A DNA stretch of 59,062 nucleotides, filler included. It is 7 parts of 7 records of this genome, joined end to end, with 100 filler letters (N's around TTAATTAATTAA, not from the genome) between each part and the next. Parts side by side here need not be neighbours in the genome. Positions count along the whole stretch, not along the records: positions 53,764 to 59,062 come from SRR31156797_37976; 6 more parts are not named here. One strand, written 5' to 3'. The translations under genes and the position numbers were made by a program. Each line of letters opens with the position of its first letter. Positions within the stretch are counted from its first letter, which is position 1. Shown in pieces: positions 57,713 through 59,062 of this stretch. Under the pieces are notes generated by a model. It searched no databases. It saw nothing but the letters and a program-made list of their open reading frames with translations, and was not told where the DNA came from.

Positions 57713-57741
57713 AATATAGAATAGACGACCCCGCCTGTCAA
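57713..57741 (-). promoter_or_regulatory. sigma70 promoter
   Basis: TTGACA-17 nt-TATATT. Confidence 0.7.
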
Positions 57742-57915
57742 GGGCATTTAAATTAAAAAGCTTTAACTAACATAAGTTTAATATTTTACCGAACCGTAAT
57801 GTTAAATCCGCCTATCTGGCAGGAGCACATTTGATTCAAATAGAAGGGCTTCTTTTGATTACGGCCCTATCCTTTTTCATAAAAAGAATAGTTCATAGAA
57901 ACGTCTACGAACAAT

Positions 57916-57937
57916 ATAGCTCCGCCCTGTCGCTTAC
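57916..57937 (-). repeat. Leader motif copy B (JUMPstart/ops-like)
   Basis: GTAAGCGACAGGGCGGAGCTAT. Confidence 0.55.
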
Positions 57938-58239
57938 ATAGATAGTAGCGGTAATCTTGGAGGCAACACGTCCGTACAGACTTTGCTGATTATTGTATTT
58001 CTAAATCGCAACAGACCTGGCAATACATTGCCCTGATTTAAACAGAACATGTTCCCGTGTTTATCTGGATAACAAGCCTTTTTTTATATGAAACGGTTGA
58101 AGACTATATAAAATTCTTCGGCCATAAAAACCGTGACAATCGAATATAAACATACACCCATAATGTAAGGTATTTTAGACTTTCAGTTTCCTTTTCATAA
58201 AACGACACAATATAAAATGTCATAATCGCACAAGGTAAA

Positions 58240-58255
58240 TGCAAATCTTGTGCCA
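58240..58255 (-). promoter_or_regulatory. sigma54 (-24/-12) promoter facing the RiPP operon
   Basis: TGGCACAAGATTTGCA matching TGGCAC-N5-TTGCW. Confidence 0.82.
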
Positions 58256-58317
58256 TAAAAATAAAACGTTGCTTTTTCAATGCAGTAGCTATTGCATTGC
58301 CAAAACATGGGCGCCAT

Positions 58318-58435
58318 AGTTACGAAAAATTCATTAAGAGTTACCAATTTTGCAGCCCCCTTTTGAATAATTGATTTCCCAGGGATTTCATATCGAGGTA
58401 CAATTTTCGTAACTTGAAATGTATTTTTAGTAACC
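58318..58435. promoter_or_regulatory. Candidate enhancer (UAS) inverted repeat
   Basis: 35-bp arms 58318-58352 and 58401-58435, 26/35 matching; each has two GTTAC cores 21 bp apart. Confidence 0.55.
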
Positions 58436-58719
58436 TGGCGATAATTCGGTTCTGATTATAACGGATTTTGGGGGACTGGGTCTGGAAGCGATAAAATAGA
58501 CTGGAAAAGTTCATTATCCGGCAGGCTACCGCTATTTTTACATCCTCCCACCATCTTTTGGGCCCCGACAACGGTTCTGGAGATATTATCCTGGGCCGGG
58601 GTAATTTGGGGGGTAGCACCAAAGAAATGGACTTCCCATGGTTGAATATAGGTTTCGTGATAAAGGACGCCAGAGTGCTGTCCACTTTCACATAGCAGGT
58701 TTCGCCCTTCCGGCATATT

Positions 58720-58751
58720 AGCTCATAGCTAATAGTTGTTAGCTATGAGCT
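58720..58751. repeat. 13-bp inverted repeat downstream of the nitroreductase gene
   Basis: AGCTCATAGCTAA-tagttg-TTAGCTATGAGCT. Confidence 0.6.
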
Positions 58752-58798
58752 GTCAGGCAATAAAAATCCAGATATTAGTAAGATAGATAAGCTACATT

Positions 58799-59062
58799 TT
58801 AGCTGCGCTGGTTAAATTTTTCGTAACTGACCTGATCGTATAAAAGCGTATCAGTACCATGACCATCCATTTGATCTGCAGGATGGCCGATGCCGATAAC
58901 CGCCTGCACCTGGATATGTTCGGGCAGATCAAGGACGTTTGAAATATAATCCGAGGCCGGGGTGCCGTCGTCACGGCTGCGCAGACGCATCTGGGCCCAG
59001 CAGGAGCCAAGCCCTAAATCCGCAGCCGCCAGATGAATAATAATGGCGGCAATGGAGGCATC
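58799..59062 (-). CDS. Nitroreductase-family protein, 5'-truncated
   Basis: DASIAAIIIHLAAADLGLGSCWAQMRLR...VIGIGHP. Confidence 0.88.
   Translation of the reverse strand, partial: DASIAAIIIHLAAADLGLGSCWAQMRLRSRDDGTPASDYISNVLDLPEHIQVQAVIGIGHPADQMDGHGTDTLLYDQVSYEKFNQRS

Noticed and set aside
58341-58716. ORFs 58341-58691 and 58456-58716
   Set aside because: No recognisable motifs, they overlap each other and the enhancer region; a possible decayed element that I cannot support

Overview
This window is not one locus. It is seven unrelated contigs joined by identical 100-nt spacers (N-run, TTAATTAATTAA, N-run), so context only holds within a contig; taxon calls are my inference from gene content. 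(1) 1-10582, Methanosarcinales-like archaeon: mer-fpoF, a redox/oxidative-stress operon with a 5-heme cytochrome c carrying a PGF-CTERM anchor, ino1, and ferritin-like/FprA/FTR-like genes. (2) 10683-20758, Bacteroidota-like: amtB, a cytochrome bd operon with an unlisted 47-aa gene, and an attenuated his operon. (3) 20859-32356, low-GC bacterium: candidate oriC edge, three SurA/PrsA-type foldases, mfd, two perfect parS sites, dapF and a REC/PPDK-N protein. (4) 32457-40563, Desulfobacterota-like: korAB and a rubredoxin-fused hydroxy-acid dehydrogenase, divergent from glutaredoxin-FTR-citrate synthase-icd. (5) 40664-45712, Planctomycetota-like: IS3 remnant, OPT transporter, and a K+ channel bracketed by two tRNA-Gly 3' fragments. 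(6) 45813-53663, Desulfobacterota-like: Liv-type ABC transporter behind an unlisted Phe/Tyr-rich leader peptide, plus EamA, BaiN-like, HAD and TetR-ABC1 genes. (7) 53764-59062, my best candidate for an undescribed system: an operon of HprK-like kinase, PqqD/RRE, S26-like peptidase, radical SAM/SPASM enzyme, an unlisted 47-aa YxxPxL precursor peptide and a PEP-CTERM protein, behind sigma54 and sigma70 promoters and duplicated JUMPstart/ops-like leader motifs. No CRISPR array, rRNA or complete tRNA was seen.
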